A DNA stretch of 64,000 nt from positions 1 through 64,000 of the forward strand of contig JAIVFI010000041.1 in assembly GCA_025558095.1 (NCBI GenBank). Reading direction: 5' to 3'. This DNA comes from Hyaloraphidium curvatum SAG 235-1 (lineage: Eukaryota; Fungi; Monoblepharomycota). The position numbers and the translations under genes were made by a program. Position 1 is the first letter of the stretch; the number at the start of each line of letters is the position of its first letter. Of this stretch, positions 53,468 through 64,000 are shown in pieces. A model generated the notes under the pieces. It was given only the letters and a program-made list of their open reading frames with translations, was not told where the DNA came from and did no database searches.

Positions 53468-54808
53468 ATAGTCAGTTCTGGACAGCCGTAAGGCGGCCGG
53501 GAGCCGAACCGAAAAGTCCCGATGGGTGCGAACCCGGGCACCCCGCGGGGTTGCGAAGAGCGGCGCAAAGAGGCCAAAGGGAAGGCCCGCGCGCAGAACG
53601 CCGAAAAGATCAAGCCTCAAAAGGCACGTAGCGCGGGCGCTGCGGCCCGGAAACCCGGTGCGAAGGGCTGCGAATACGCTGCGTGTGAAAAATCGCCGAC
53701 GGCCGCGACCGCAGTCCCGTGCCGACCAGCGGCGTCCGAACCCACCGGCGACGCTCGAAATCGGTGCGACGAAGGCGCGGCGAGGGGCGGGGCGGGGGCG
53801 CACGGGGCCGTGGTTGCGTGATTCGGGAGGGGAGTGCGAGGTGTTTGTGGAGGCCGTCCTCCAACCGCGAGAGCCTGAGCGGGCCCCGCACAAGATCCAC
53901 ACAGGCCATAGATATGCGCCGGCATTGCCGCCATGGGCACCGCGTCTTTGTGAGAGCGGTCGTTGAGTTGCGCAGAGCGATGACTGTGCGCGCCTACCCG
54001 ACACAGCCCGACCGCGAGTCACCGTCGCTCCCGGAGTTCCAAGTTGACGCGAAGGAATGGTCATTGGATAATCCTCCGCCGTCCAGGGAAGCATCGCGGC
54101 CTTTCGAGGCGCGAAGTTCTCGCTGCCGGCCTCCCCATCTCATCGTCTTCGGCAGCACGCACTGCTGCCTCCCCGGACGGCACCGCGTCCTGCCCATGTC
54201 CGTTGGCCGCGCCGAGCACGTCAGACCGGACATGGTCCGCGCGGGTTGTAGGACCGCGACGGCGTGACGGCGTGTTCCGATAAGCAACGGCGGCAACAGG
54301 GAGTGCTTTGCCACCAGGCGACATCGAATCGGCCGTGCGGGGTGGACCCAGTCCAGCGCGGCAACACCCTGGCTCGATCGATCCGTGCATCCAAGTACTG
54401 CTCCGGTGATGCCGCCGACCGGTGGCCGCAGCGTCAGCATTCGCCGCTGACGGGTCCTCGGAACGGTCGGACGTGCGTTTCGAAGGGTCTGGACCGCGGG
54501 CCCGGAACCCGAAGGTGCAATGGCACTTTTCCGCGAACGTTCGCACGTTCTATCTTTCTCGGAGCGCCCGGTTATATTCCCCGATTCCTGCCGACGGCTC
54601 CCGCGCCGTACGCTCGCCGGACCCAGCCGACCGCCGCCGGCAGAGCGCTCTTCCCGCGCCGCCCGCCGCCGCACGTCGCCAACGCGGACTGCCTGAAACC
54701 ACAGTAGCACGCTCTCCCCGAACCGCCGCGGTCAGTTCTCCGCTGCCTGGCCGGGTTCATTCGTCCCTCGGCCTGACTGTTCCATCGCGGGCTCCGCAGC
54801 AGCCCGGA

Positions 54809-55609
54809 ATGTCGGCCCGCCACGTCGCCGGCGAGGTCTTTGCCGCGCTCTGCACCATCTGCTGGGCGCTGGTCCCCGCGCCCCAGGTCTGGAAGAACTG
54901 GAGGGAAAAGACCACGGAAGGACTGTCCCCCTTCCTGCCCCTCATCTGGATCTTTACCCTCACCCTCATCGCCGCATACGCCATCGTTGAGGGGCTTTCG
55001 GGCGGCCTCATCGCCCAGCCCTTCATAACCAACTTCATGTTCGCCATCGTCATCTGGCAAATCCTGTACTACGACCCCAAGAACAACCGGGACTGGCGGA
55101 AGCCTTCGCTCTACACCTTGTTGCTCGTGGTCGTCTTCGCCGGCACCCTGGTCGGGCTCATCTTCGGCCTGCGCGCAGCCGAGGCGGCCGGCGTGAATTT
55201 GGATTGGTTCGCATACCTCACCACTGTCTTTGGAATCGCCGGCGTTATCCCCCAGTACTACGAGGTCTGGAAGTTCCAGCGCGTGATCGGGCTCTCCCTG
55301 GGGCTCTGCATCCTGGACTCGTGCGGGGCGATCTTCGGCGCCACGAGCGTCGCGCTCTCGACGGATCCGCTTAACGTGGCCGGGTTCGTGGTCTACATCG
55401 TCTACGCGCCTTTCACCGGCACCCTGATACCCCTGCACTACATCTTGGAGGCGAGGTGGCGGCGGCTTCACCCGGAAGGGGATGTCCAGCGGGTCACGGA
55501 CATCGAGGTGATTGCGGAGGTGCCGGAGATGAAGGAGGAGGCGGACAAGGAGACCAGGGAGGGGGGGAGCTCCAATAGCGTCGCGGAATCGGATGCCCGT
55601 GCGGTTTAG
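54809..55609 (+). CDS. PQ-loop repeat 7-TM transporter
   Basis: PAPQVWKNWREKTTEGLS and VIPQYYEVWKFQRVIGLS are two PQ-loop repeats. Confidence 0.9.
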   Translation: MSARHVAGEVFAALCTICWALVPAPQVWKNWREKTTEGLSPFLPLIWIFTLTLIAAYAIVEGLSGGLIAQPFITNFMFAIVIWQILYYDPKNNRDWRKPSLYTLLLVVVFAGTLVGLIFGLRAAEAAGVNLDWFAYLTTVFGIAGVIPQYYEVWKFQRVIGLSLGLCILDSCGAIFGATSVALSTDPLNVAGFVVYIVYAPFTGTLIPLHYILEARWRRLHPEGDVQRVTDIEVIAEVPEMKEEADKETREGGSSNSVAESDARAV

Positions 55610-55754
55610 GGCGAATCCGCCGATGTCGTGTAGGCTTGCAACATACCTTGAGCTCTCTTTTTTGTTTGTTTCCGTTGTCCTTTAGCGATTAACAACGCCT
55701 CGGGCGGCTCCCCCGGGACACGAGTCCCGCATTCAACGAATCCCGCAAAACACG

Positions 55755-58403
55755 ATGGCCCCTCCTCTAAACGTGGTCATCGGACTTGTCAAGAGTGCGG
55801 CGGGCCCTCTATCGCAGCCCTCGAGGCGCGAGGAGGTCCCGCAGCGCGAGACCCCGGCGGCGGCGACTCGCCCCATCCGACCGCTACGGAAGCGCCGCTC
55901 TCCGGGCCTCGCGTCTCTCCCCGGCGAAATCATCGTGCGCATCGCGACCTTCTTCGGGCCCCGTGTCGGCCGCTTTCGCCCGCGTTCGACGCCCCGCGAG
56001 CTCTTTGCCACGTGCCGCGCCCTCCGCGCAATCGGCAGGCAGCCCTCGGCGCGCGCCTCCTTCCTCCTCGCGAACTTCGGGCTGCGGGAAATCGGCGACG
56101 GCATCGGGCACTTTCTCCGCTTGGTGACTGTGCCGGTGCTCGAGGCCGTGCTGCGGAGGTGCACCGGTGACAGGGCGATCCCGAGGTGCGGCTCACGTCC
56201 GCCACACGCCGCTCGGTTCTCATTTGCCTTCCATGGATTAAGGTTCCAGCTCCAGCGCTTGCAGAGGCGGCTTGCGGTGGCGTCGCGGGGCGATTTGCTG
56301 CCGCCGCTGCTCGCGTACCACGAAACCGTCTACCCGTCGCTCCCGCGTGGCACAAGGAAATCGAAAGATCTCCCGTACGGGGACATTGGCGCCGCCGTGA
56401 CGGACGACGAGCTGTTTCAGATCATCGTGCTTTCGAATGCCGTGCCGCAGGGCTGCGAATCGCTGATCGCCGAGGGCGAAGCTGGAGGATGGGCCGTCGG
56501 CGGGGTGAGAATGGCGAATCGGACCACACGATTACGGAGAAACTAACTGGCAACTACGGCCCTCAGGATCCAGTGCTGACGGTGCTCCTGACGCTTCAGA
56601 AGAAGTACCGCCTCCCCGCCGACCATACGATTGCCGCGCCGTCGACGCTGTCCCGCTCTCTTTCCGAGACTGTTGTCACTTCACAAGCGGCGCTGACGAT
56701 GCTGCCTGCCCCCCGTACCGACTGGCCCGCCCGCCGCCCTGCAATCGACCCCGTCAGGGATTCGTATGTGCCCGGGACCAGCGCCGGCCACGCTCTGCTC
56801 GTCTCGTTCGCGGACAAGGGGTCGCTCCGAGGCGTCAAGCTGCTGGTCGCACTCGGTGTCAAGATCGGCTTCCCGCAGACCTGGCTCTTCGATGTGCTCG
56901 ACGCAGCGGGGTTCCGATCTGACGGACCGGCCGCGCGCGCGCCGCAGGGCCACGTGCAGACGACGAACGCGCAGCAAGCCGTCAGCTACGTGCTTGGCTC
57001 TCCTTCCGGAGCCTCCATGCGCGGCCCGACATCCCCGGCTTCGACGCAAGGGATCGTGCGGGCCCTGTGCGACAGGTTCGGTGTGCTCTTCCCCTACCCG
57101 TCCGATAGGACCCTCGACCCGGTGGACGCGGCGGTCAATGCGAAATCACCCGACGTACTGCGCGCGGTGCTCGAAGCGGTGGATCCTGGGTTCTGGAAGG
57201 CTGGGGAGGGCTACTCCAGTATCAAGCTCCTCATGGAGGTTGGTGGCTCCGTTCGAAGCGCACGCTGACGCTGCTTGACGCCTCACAACCTAGGCAACGA
57301 AGCTTGATCCGGTATGTCACGACATCTTGCGATCTTTCGGCGCTCTCAACGGATGTTCCGTACGTGTTTTGGCAGTCGCTTGGAGAGCACTGTCTCTGAC
57401 CAATCCATCACCCGCAGACCGTGCAGCTCATGAGGGCCGTCATGGACGGCAATCAGGTCCTAACTCGAGAACTTTTGGTCGGCGGAGAGAGACTCTCCAC
57501 TGCACAGCTCGTACGTTCCGCTCGCGTATTCCATCGCTTCACCTTCCGCTCACTTTGCGAGAAGGAGATCGTCCTCAAGACTCCCGGCATCAGCAACCAA
57601 ACCCTCTCGGTGCTGCTTCAGAGCAGCGATCTGGGCCTGGACGGCGTCTGTGATCTCCTCAAGACGCTCGCCAACTCCACATTCCAGCTCCCTGGCCAGG
57701 TGCCGCACGCCGCAGCCTTCCTCCGCCACCACGGCGCTCAGCTCCGGACGCCCGAAGGGCGGCTCGCGCTCCTCGAGGTCTTCGAAGTCGGGTGCTCGGC
57801 GTGGAAAAGGGCAGTCCGACCTTACCTCGGGACCGTGGAGATGCTGGGACCGCGGAGCTTCGTTGCCGCCTGGGACATGTACGAGGCCGTTGTCGAGGAT
57901 GACGTGGAGGTAAGCCGCACACGATCGCCCGCGTGAAGCCGAGCTGAATCTGTCGTTGACAGACGATCCTGGAACTCAGCTCGAAGGGCGTGCGCCCGCC
58001 GGATCTCTCCGACATCTTTGAGGAAGAAGCCGTGGACGAGGACACCCTGATCGCCCTGCTCCGGCTTCCCGCCAGGGAGGCGCGGACCACGCCCGCCCGC
58101 TTGCTCGAGGACTGCGTCCGCCGCTCGTTCGGACGAGCGATCTCCCTGCTGCTCGAGCAAGGCACCGATGTCGACGAAGGCGTGCTGCAGGCGGCTATCG
58201 ACATGTTCGGAGCGGGCGGCCCCGGCCTAGCGACGTTCTCCAAGCTTCTTGATGTCGCTGCCGAGCAAGCCAACGGCGGCGTTGTCCCCAGGGAGTACTT
58301 GGCTGCCAGGGCGAAGAAGATCGGCGGGGAGTGGGCCGCTCGGTGGGCCGAGTACGAAGAGGAGGTGAAGCGCAAGTGGATGGAGCGGGTCTCAAACGCG
58401 TAG
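55755..58403 (+). CDS. Large multi-exon hypothetical protein with F-box-like N-terminus and helical (ankyrin-like) repeats
   Basis: LASLPGEIIVRIATFF. Consecutive coding frames are joined by short introns. Ankyrin-like segments: ADKGSLRGVKLLVALG and ISLLLEQGTDVD. Confidence 0.5.
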
Positions 58404-58479
58404 ACTCATGCTGGCAACAAAAGTGGTGTACTAGGCAGTTGTCTATTGATGATGGATGTTCTGCTCGTCTCTGCAGCGT

Positions 58480-59529
58480 TCAGTCGTTGACCTTGAAGAC
58501 CACTGATGGGACGTGGATCAGACGAGCCAGTCCGCTCAGCGCGCAGCACCCACCCTTGAGCACCGGCTTCCCCTCCGCGTCGACGCCCTTCTCGCAGAAC
58601 TCGTAGTACTTCTGGGCTTCCTCCATATTGACCACGTGGGTCGCCATGTCCCTGATCTTGGCCTTGCCGTCGATCATGAGCTGCAGCGCTGCCGGGTACT
58701 CCTCGCCCTCGGGGCCATAACCGAATGACCCATGGAACGAGATCTCCTTGAGCGCGTGGCGGAAGTAATCGTAATCTCCCTTGTGCGTTGCCATTCCGAC
58801 GTAAACCACGGTGCCCTGGGGCTTGACGACGTCGCAGGCGAAATCGACCGTGGCGGGGTGACCGGCAGCGTCGATGACCACGTCAATGGGCCCGTCGAAC
58901 TGCTCGGCGACCTTGGCGGCCAGAGCTGCCTGGTCCAATCCCTCCGCCAGCACCGTGGCGTCGGCACCGAACTGCTTCGCGTTGGAGAGCCGGCCGGCCT
59001 TGACGTCCGTCGAGACGAGCTTCTTGGGCCCCATGGCGCGGGCGCCGACGATGGTGAACAGCCCGACGGGGCCGGCGCCGATGATCAGCACGTTCTTGCC
59101 CGAGATGTCTCCCGCGCGCTTGACGGCGCGGAGGCCGACGGCAAAAGGCTCCACCATCGCGCCCTCCTCGAGCGAGACGTGCTCGGGGAGCTTGAGGCAG
59201 CGTTTGGCGGGGTGGATGTATTTCTCGCGGAGGAGGTCCATGTTGGCGAGGCCGTCCGGGAAGATGGCGACCTTGTCGCCGACCTTCAGGTCCGTGACGC
59301 CGGGGCCGAGCTTCCTGACGATCCCGCTGGCCTCATGGCCCATGGCCATTGGCAGGCCGCCCAGCATGTCCTGCGCCGCGCCGTAGTCGCGCCGGAAGAT
59401 GTGCACGTCGGAGCCGCAGATGCCGACCCGCGCCACGTCGAGCAGCACCTCGCCCTCCTCGGGCTCCCGGGGCTCCGGGACGTCGTCCACCTGCAGCCGC
59501 CGGGTCTCGTGGAGATAGAGCGCTTTCAT
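58480..59529 (-). CDS. Zn-dependent medium-chain (sorbitol/threonine-type) dehydrogenase; intron about 58505-58552
   Basis: GICGSDVH, MGHEASG, VGDKV, EEGAMVEP, GAGPVG. Confidence 0.9.
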   Translation of the reverse strand: MKALYLHETRRLQVDDVPEPREPEEGEVLLDVARVGICGSDVHIFRRDYGAAQDMLGGLPMAMGHEASGIVRKLGPGVTDLKVGDKVAIFPDGLANMDLLREKYIHPAKRCLKLPEHVSLEEGAMVEPFAVGLRAVKRAGDISGKNVLIIGAGPVGLFTIVGARAMGPKKLVSTDVKAGRLSNAKQFGADATVLAEGLDQAALAAKVAEQFDGPIDVVIDAAGHPATVDFACDVVKPQGTVVYVGMATHKGDYDYFRHALKEISFHGSFGYGPEGEEYPAALQLMIDGKAKIRDMATHVVNMEEAQKYYEFCEKGVDAEGKPVLKGGCCALSGLARLIHVPSVVFKVND

Positions 59530-59973
59530 GGCTGGCACTGGTGCGGAGGTGTTTGGCGTCGGGTGGTGTGGCGGGGGACGTTCGGCGTTGGGTGGGAGCG
59601 GCGACCGGGTCCTCTTGCCTCCACTCGCCACCCACACCCACTCAAGGTCCGGTGGATCGAGGAAGCACGAATCCGCGGGCCGAGTTGAGCCTAAGTGCCT
59701 TTCACATTGATTGCAATGCCGCTCCCGACTCGGATGCACGGATTCGCGCTTGATGACCCACCCCAGCAACTGTCTCCCACTTTGTACAGCACGCGCACGC
59801 TCAATTCAATCCGGTGACGACCTTTCGAGCAAGAGCACGTACACCATCCGAACATTAGTACATGACCCTCTGTTTGGGGCTGCAGATTCTATCCGACGTC
59901 GCACTTCCGGAAGGGTCCTTCTCCGTGGATTTCCGTCACCAGACCCAGACGATCCCCACCAGAGTCCTCAGCG

Positions 59974-60813
59974 ATGCCCCGCGCGCGCAACGGAGACGTG
60001 GAGCTGGAGTACGAGGTCTTCGGGACCGCGGGCGACGCCGTGATCCTCGTCAACGGCCTGGGGTCGCAGCTCCTCCGGTGGCCCGCGGAGCTCTGCGCGC
60101 AGCTCGCTGCCCAGGGGTTCCGCGTGGTGAGGATGGACAACCGCGACGTGGGGCTGTCGACGTGGCTGCCGGGAAGGGAGTACACCATCGCGGACATGGC
60201 GGGGGACGTGGCCGCTGTCGCGGACGCGCTCGGGGCGGAGCGGTTCCACGTCGTCGGCATGTCGCTGGGAGGGATGGTCGCGCAGCGCACGGCGATCAAC
60301 TACCCGCGGCGCGTGCTGTCCCTCGTTTCCATCATGTCGGGGGCCAACGTCGCGGAGTTCAGGTCCACCGAGGAGGCCCGCAGGGTGCTCGCCTTCGACC
60401 TGCCCGACCCCAAGGTGGACGAAGACGCCTACATTGCGCAGATGGCGGCCAACCGCGGCGTGATCGCGAGCCCGGGGTTCCGCATGTCGGACGAGGAGCT
60501 CCGCGCGGCGACCCTGGCCGAGTACCGCCGCGCGTACAACCCGGACGGCATAGCGAGGCAGCGTGCGGCGGTGATGACGGATCCCGATCGAACGCCCCTG
60601 CTGCGGGAGCTGGACGTCCCGACCGTCATCCTCCACGGCAAGGACGATCCGCTGGTGATGCCGAGCGCGGCCGAGGCGATGGCCGCCGCGATGTCGCACG
60701 CGGAGCTCCGGATCATCGACGGCATGGGGCACGACGTTCCGCCGGGGCTGTATGGCGTCTATGTCGACGCCATCCTCGCGGCAACCTCCAAGGCCAAGGA
60801 GAGGGCGCACTAG
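59974..60813 (+). CDS. Alpha/beta hydrolase (bacterial LipG-like), intronless
   Basis: GLGSQLLRWP, DNRDVGLS, GMSLGG, HGKDDPL, GMGHD. Confidence 0.9.
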   Translation: MPRARNGDVELEYEVFGTAGDAVILVNGLGSQLLRWPAELCAQLAAQGFRVVRMDNRDVGLSTWLPGREYTIADMAGDVAAVADALGAERFHVVGMSLGGMVAQRTAINYPRRVLSLVSIMSGANVAEFRSTEEARRVLAFDLPDPKVDEDAYIAQMAANRGVIASPGFRMSDEELRAATLAEYRRAYNPDGIARQRAAVMTDPDRTPLLRELDVPTVILHGKDDPLVMPSAAEAMAAAMSHAELRIIDGMGHDVPPGLYGVYVDAILAATSKAKERAH

Positions 60814-60870
60814 GTGCTGGGAATGTCACTGCTAGAACGTATTCATAAAGCTATCGTACTGTCGACACGT

Positions 60871-62244
60871 TCAATCTGCGCCTCCCGCAAGGTCCTCCAG
60901 CTGCAGATGCTCCTCGCCCTCCTCGCGATAGTCGTCCGAATCCGACACCGGCTCCCCCACGAGATCCTCCAGCCCCTCGACCACGCCGTCGTCCTCGACA
61001 TCCTCTCCCATCGAGCGGTACTGCGTCCTCCTCGGGTTCTCCCGCAGCAGCGACCACGGGCTCACGTCGTGGATCCCGAACTCGCCCAGCTGGTCCGCGA
61101 TCTCGTCCACGCCGTAACCCACGGGCCGGTTGAACCGGTGGTGCGGCTCCGCGTCCGCGGGCTTGCCGTGCCCGCAGAAGGCGCGGTGCCGGGGCCAGTC
61201 GGTCTTTTGGCAGAAGGGGCCGCAGTACCAGGCCACGCGGCAGCGCGTGCACCGCGAGAGGTTGGGGCCGACGTAGCGGCAGGGGCGGTGGAAGCAGCCG
61301 CGCATGGTGCGGACGCGGGGCTCATATGCCGGGCGCAGGGCCGCGCCGCGGGGCGGGAGGGGGAGGGAAGCGGCGGCCGGGTCCGAAAAGTCGGCGACGG
61401 CAAAGACGGCGGCTTGGTGGAGCGCCAGGACCGAGGCGGGGAGGGGATCGCCGACCATGTCGTCGGTAAAGGCTTCGACGAGCGGGTAAGGATCGCCGAG
61501 GATCTTGGAGCCCGCGAGGACGCGTTCGGGGGATGAACCGCGGTTGCCGTCGCCCAGAAAGATCGGGAAGCGCACCCAGCCGAGGAAAAAGGGCGTGCGG
61601 CGAAAGTGCCTCCTCAGACCGCGCGGGATCGCGCTCGTGGTAAAATGGCCCCGCGTCGAAGCTGCAAAGACGCGAAAGACGAGGAAGTCGATGCCCGGGT
61701 CCGCCGCCGGGGAGCCTTCGCGCACGTCCCGAATCAAGTGGCCGATGGTCGCCTCGACCAGCGCGACGACGGCGGCCAGGACCGGGTACGAGGGGTACGC
61801 GAACTCCTTGAGCGCGTGCGAGCCCGCGGCGATGCCGAGCACGCGCTTGTTCCGCTCGTCGTGCGCAAAGAGGTCGAGGCCCTCGACGGTGACTTTCACG
61901 CACATTGTCCGCTCCTCGGAGATGTACTGCGCGTCTGAGATGCGCAGCGCCGTCTCCGCCGTGCCGCGGCCCAGCAGGGCGCGCGCGGCGCCGCACACCG
62001 CGGCCAGCGCGTCCGCCGCGGGCTCGGCCGCGTCCTCGTCCTCCGCCGGCGCGTTGCCGATCAGCGCAAACTCGAGCAGCCCCATCGCGTCCTCCAGCTG
62101 CTCGATCTCGAGACGGTGCGCCGCCGACAGCTGCTCGGCAGTCTGCGGCTCCCGCGATGGCGCGAGCGTCTCTGCCGGCGCCTGCGCGGTCTCGGCGAAC
62201 TGGAAGAGCCGCAGCACGGCTGCCACCGGCTCCGAGCCGGTCAT
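60871..62244 (-). CDS. MYND zinc-finger protein
   Basis: CFHRPC...CTRCRVAWYCGPFCQKTDWPRHRAFC. Confidence 0.8.
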   Translation of the reverse strand: MTGSEPVAAVLRLFQFAETAQAPAETLAPSREPQTAEQLSAAHRLEIEQLEDAMGLLEFALIGNAPAEDEDAAEPAADALAAVCGAARALLGRGTAETALRISDAQYISEERTMCVKVTVEGLDLFAHDERNKRVLGIAAGSHALKEFAYPSYPVLAAVVALVEATIGHLIRDVREGSPAADPGIDFLVFRVFAASTRGHFTTSAIPRGLRRHFRRTPFFLGWVRFPIFLGDGNRGSSPERVLAGSKILGDPYPLVEAFTDDMVGDPLPASVLALHQAAVFAVADFSDPAAASLPLPPRGAALRPAYEPRVRTMRGCFHRPCRYVGPNLSRCTRCRVAWYCGPFCQKTDWPRHRAFCGHGKPADAEPHHRFNRPVGYGVDEIADQLGEFGIHDVSPWSLLRENPRRTQYRSMGEDVEDDGVVEGLEDLVGEPVSDSDDYREEGEEHLQLEDLAGGAD

Positions 62245-63613
62245 GGCAGGCTGCAGCGAATGGAATACGCCCGGGGCACTCAGGGGGCTGGACGCGTTGA
62301 AGCTCGATCTGTTTACGGTTGTTGGGGTCGGCGTTGCGACGATTCGCCCGGATGTGCCTCATTGATCCAACTCCAGTGATACGCTACAGGCATCGCGCAC
62401 GTCAATTGCGTTCGACAAAGAGCGCTCCCGTCTCTGCAAACGTTCGCGCCGGAGCACGCGCCGGATACCGGAACGAGCCCTCCCCGCAGTGTCCTACATC
62501 AGCCAGCTGTCGGCATTTCCGCCGATGAGCGCTGCGAGTCTCCCCGCCCTTGCGACCGCGACATCAGAGCTTGGCGGGCTTCTCTTTTTAGATGGTTCTT
62601 TTCAGTGTGTGACGCCTCCAAGGTCGAAACGTCCGCTCCCGTTCCCTCGCTGGCGTTCTCTCCGATGCGGCCGATCATGAGTGTGCCCCGCAACAGCATG
62701 AGCCGTCGGCGTCGTGGTACCGGGTGCTTTGCCGCCGTGTGCGAAGGATGATGAGGCCGGCCGATCTTGCGATGCCGGCCGCGGTGACGTTCCGAACATT
62801 TTGTAGCACGCCGGCGCGGGTTTGATCGTCCCTGGAGCTCCCAATCTGGGAGTTCCGGGGCGGAAGAAACCCAGGGCGCTTGCCGAAAGATACAACGGAA
62901 ATCGCAAAGGGAAAGACGCACAGCCCCGCGACCTTAACCCTCTTCATTCCAGCATGGACCGAAGACCATGCCAGGATGACGCCTCAGGCCGCGGCATAGC
63001 ACGTTCCCCCCGTGTAGAGTGGTTCAGCATCTCATTGGCCGAGATCCGCAGCTCGTTGATGCGTCGTTGACAATCGTACGTCGAGACGGGCGTGGCGACG
63101 CCCCACTGTTTCCCCGTCCACGTGCGACAGTGCAGGAACCAACCGGCCCAGTCCACGCTCATCCACCGACGGCTCTCACCATCGGCGCATGTCTGCAGTG
63201 GAGCTGGGCGGGTCCGCTCCGCCCACGGCGCCGCGACGGGGCGTTGTTGCACCGCCAGCTCAGCGCGCGGGCTTCCCATGTTCCAAGACCAGCCCTGCGG
63301 CGTTCCCGACAAGGCGTTGGACGCTGCCCCGAACGACGGCAAAAGTGCCATCGGTGGGCGGGTCCGCCGCTGCGCGCTGTGGAACGGGAGGAGGCCAGCC
63401 CGTCGAAAGGCGCCCAGCCGGGCACGTTTTGAGAGGCGCGACGCCGTTGCCGTTTGCTCCGCGCCGGGTGGCGTTCGAGCGCTCGGGTGAGGTCGTGCTG
63501 GCTGCGACGCGCGGTCTGGGTGATGAGCTGTTCGTCGGGACCACTGATGAGCTGTGTTCGTCGGACCATACTGCTAGGGAACAAGGACAGCGGATCGAAC
63601 CCAGTCCATTGAC

Positions 63614-64000
63614 CTACGACACCGTCGGACACACCACCTCCATGGTGAACCCTATCCCCGCGGCGCGCAGGATCGTCCACAGGCCCAGCGCGAGCGTCGC
63701 CGAGGTGACCACCAGCGTCCGCAGCGTCCCGTACCCGATCACGAACCCCGCCAGCCGCATCTTGGATCCCTGGACCCCCTGGAACGCGGCGATCACGCGG
63801 TCGTGCGCGAGCAGGCCTTCCACCGCCGCCGCGCGCAGGCCGTCCCCGTCCGCGCCCCGCAAGGGCATCGCGGCCACGACCAGCTCGCCGATCTCGCGGC
63901 GGGCCTCGGCGTACAACTTCGACAGGTCGTCCAGCTGCCCGTTCATGACCGACATGTTGACCAGATCGACCACGATCTGGTTGGCGCTGAAGACGGCGCC
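63614..64000 (-). CDS. Third copy of the multi-pass membrane family (3' part; continues beyond the window)
   Basis: VDLVNMSVMNGQL...HDRVI...KMRLAGFVIGYGTLRTLVVTSATLALGLWTILR...TMEVVC. Confidence 0.75.
   Translation of the reverse strand, partial: GAVFSANQIVVDLVNMSVMNGQLDDLSKLYAEARREIGELVVAAMPLRGADGDGLRAAAVEGLLAHDRVIAAFQGVQGSKMRLAGFVIGYGTLRTLVVTSATLALGLWTILRAAGIGFTMEVVCPTVS

Noticed and set aside
1-64000. Hundreds of long Arg/Pro/Gly/Ala-rich overlapping ORFs
   Set aside because: These are shadow ORFs expected at this high GC content. They lack motifs and lie antisense or off-frame to supported genes.
1-64000. Bacterial contig or contamination
   Set aside because: Spliceosomal introns occur throughout, including inside bacteria-like genes, and eukaryote-specific genes such as NOP16 are interleaved.
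1-64000. tRNA (including tRNA-Sec), rRNA or transposase genes
   Set aside because: None were recognised by eye. tRNAscan-SE, Secmarker and Infernal would be needed to exclude them.

Overview
GC-rich, gene-dense eukaryotic DNA. Most genes carry short (mostly ~50-80 nt) spliceosomal introns with fungal-type CTGAC/CTAAC branch points, so the six-frame ORF track misses or fragments them. The style suggests an early-diverging fungus such as a monoblepharid chytrid relative (inference only). About 38 genes or gene relics can be reconstructed by hand. The top finding is a hidden selenoprotein W-like gene (19510-19936, minus strand): an in-frame UGA sits at the Sec position and a canonical type II SECIS element lies just past the stop. 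Its redox motif reads GVKU instead of CxxU. Other highlights: (1) an intronless carboxysome-type (CsoSCA-like) beta-carbonic anhydrase; (2) three members of a multi-pass membrane family whose C-terminus resembles GR/7TMIC chemoreceptor channels; (3) two secreted proteins sharing a Cys-rich leader module, an identically placed intron and an LYRRY motif, but with unrelated cargo; (4) a divergent pair of bacterial-type genes (beta-rich hypothetical plus EcK/APH kinase); (5) an inverted pair of secreted transglutaminase-like proteins whose catalytic His is made only by splicing; (6) a RING/Rcat-PUA fusion; (7) a pseudokinase; (8) a palindromic ~150-bp tandem repeat; (9) several frameshifted pseudogenes. 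All family assignments come from motif recognition by eye; no database searches were run.
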